A DNA stretch of 64,000 nucleotides from Saccostrea cucullata. Lineage: Eukaryota. The notes below the pieces were generated by a model, which did not search any database, had not been told where the DNA came from, and saw only the letters and a list, made by a program, of their open reading frames with translations. Positions within the stretch are counted from its first letter, which is position 1; each line of letters begins with the position of its first letter. Below, piece after piece: positions 62,801 to 64,000 of the stretch. The translations under genes were made by a program, and so were the position numbers. Location of the stretch: contig NW_026939106.1 of NCBI RefSeq assembly GCF_032062105.1, positions 434,001 to 498,000 on the forward strand, written 5' to 3'.

Positions 62801-64000
62801 CACGATCTGTGCATGAAAAAAAGTCGGATACAATTTTTCTTGTATTCTGATTGACTCATTTCAGTCGTTTACAATGTACTGTATGACTTGTTTCAGTTAC
62901 GGTACTTATGATTTTCTGTATACCTATCATGTTCTGTTTGACTTTTTATAAAGTAACCTATGATGTTCTATTTGACTTAATTGTGATAGTTACATGTACT
63001 TCTGATGTTCAGTTTGCATTCTTTAAGTTACCTATGATGTTTTGTTCATCTTATTTTAGTACTTATGACTTATTTTAGTTACCTACCCCAGTATAATGTT
63101 TTACCTGACCTGTTTTGATTATACCTATAATGTTCTGCTTGACCTGTTTTAGTTACCTATGATGTTCTACTTGACCTGTTTTAGTTACCAATAATGTTCT
63201 ACCTGACCTGTTTTAGTTACCAATAATGTTCTACTTGACTTGTATTAGTTACCTATGATATCTACTTGACCTGTTTTAGTTACCAATTATGTTCTACCTG
63301 ACCTATTTTGATTACCTCCAATGTTCTGCTTGACCTGTTTTAGTTACCAAAAAAGTTCTATCTGACCTGTTTTAGTTACCTATGTTGTTCTGCTTGACCT
63401 GTTTTGATTACCTATAATGTTCTGCTTGACCTGTTTTGATAATACCTATGATGTTTTACTTGACCTGTTTTAGCTTGACCTGTTTTAGTTACCTAAAATG
63501 TTCTGCTTGACCTGTGTTAGTTACCTAAAATGTTCTGCTTGACCTGTTTTAGCTACCTAAGATGTTCTGCTTGACCTGTTTTAGTTACCTAAAATGTTCT
63601 GCTTGACCTGTGTTAGTTACCTAAAATGTTCTGCTTGACCTGTTTTGATTACCTATAATGTTCTGCTTGACCTGTTTTGATTACCTATGATGTTCTACTT
63701 GACCTGTTTTAGTTACCTGTGATGTTCTACTTGACCTGTTTTAGTTACCTATAATGTTCTGCTTGACCTGTTTTGATAATACCTATGATGTTTTACTTGA
63801 CCTGTTTTGATTACCTATGATGCTCTACCTGTTTTAGTTACCTATGATGCTCTACCTGTTTTAGTTACCTATGATGCTCTACCTGTTTTAGTTACCTATG
63901 ATGCTCTACCTGTTTTAGTATTCATTACCTATGATGTTCTGCTTGACCTGCTGTAACCTTTCCTCTCTCCTGGCAGACAGCACCAGACTACAACCATCAG
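59839..64000 (-). CDS. DHRS7: Dehydrogenase/reductase SDR family member 7, 3' part; exons 64000-63929 (partial), 62806-62700, 62288-62096, 61850-61804, 61588-61469, 61063-60897, 59914-59839
   Basis: [58 protein letters not shown] (YxxxK), VCPGPV and [26 protein letters not shown]. All junctions are GT-AG and phase-consistent. Confidence 0.9.
62910..63920. repeat. 32-bp minisatellite (~30 units, 27-bp variants) in a DHRS7 intron
   Basis: Unit GTTACCTATGATGTTCTGCTTGACCTGTTTTA, most degenerate toward 62910. Confidence 0.95.

Overview
This is AT-rich eukaryotic genomic DNA. The repeat families (DINE-1-like Helentrons with ~160-166 bp internal satellites, tRNA-derived SINEs) point to a bivalve mollusc, probably an oyster; this is an inference. 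There are four host genes: the 3' half of an SLC22-type organic cation transporter (+), a C2CD4-like protein with two C2 domains (+), an intronless small heat-shock protein with two alpha-crystallin domains (+), and the 3' part of DHRS7 (-). The main structure is the 22.9-kb SLC22 intron (4067-26973). It holds a decayed Tc1 element and a six-layer nested transposon stack whose termini can be read from the sequence, with target-site duplications (TSDs) readable for most layers. From outside in: Helentron/HINE > Harbinger-type MITE > satellite-bearing Helentron > 5-bp-TSD TIR element > foldback element with inverted 47-bp arrays > a near-intact 5.8-kb ISL2EU transposon. The ISL2EU element encodes a spliced THAP-DDE transposase and a convergent spliced SAP-SWIM-YqaJ (lambda-exonuclease-like) nuclease. 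A second unusual feature is a ~1-kb minisatellite in a DHRS7 intron made of ~30 copies of the adjacent exon end plus its splice donor. All exon models and boundaries were read by eye; no database searches were run.
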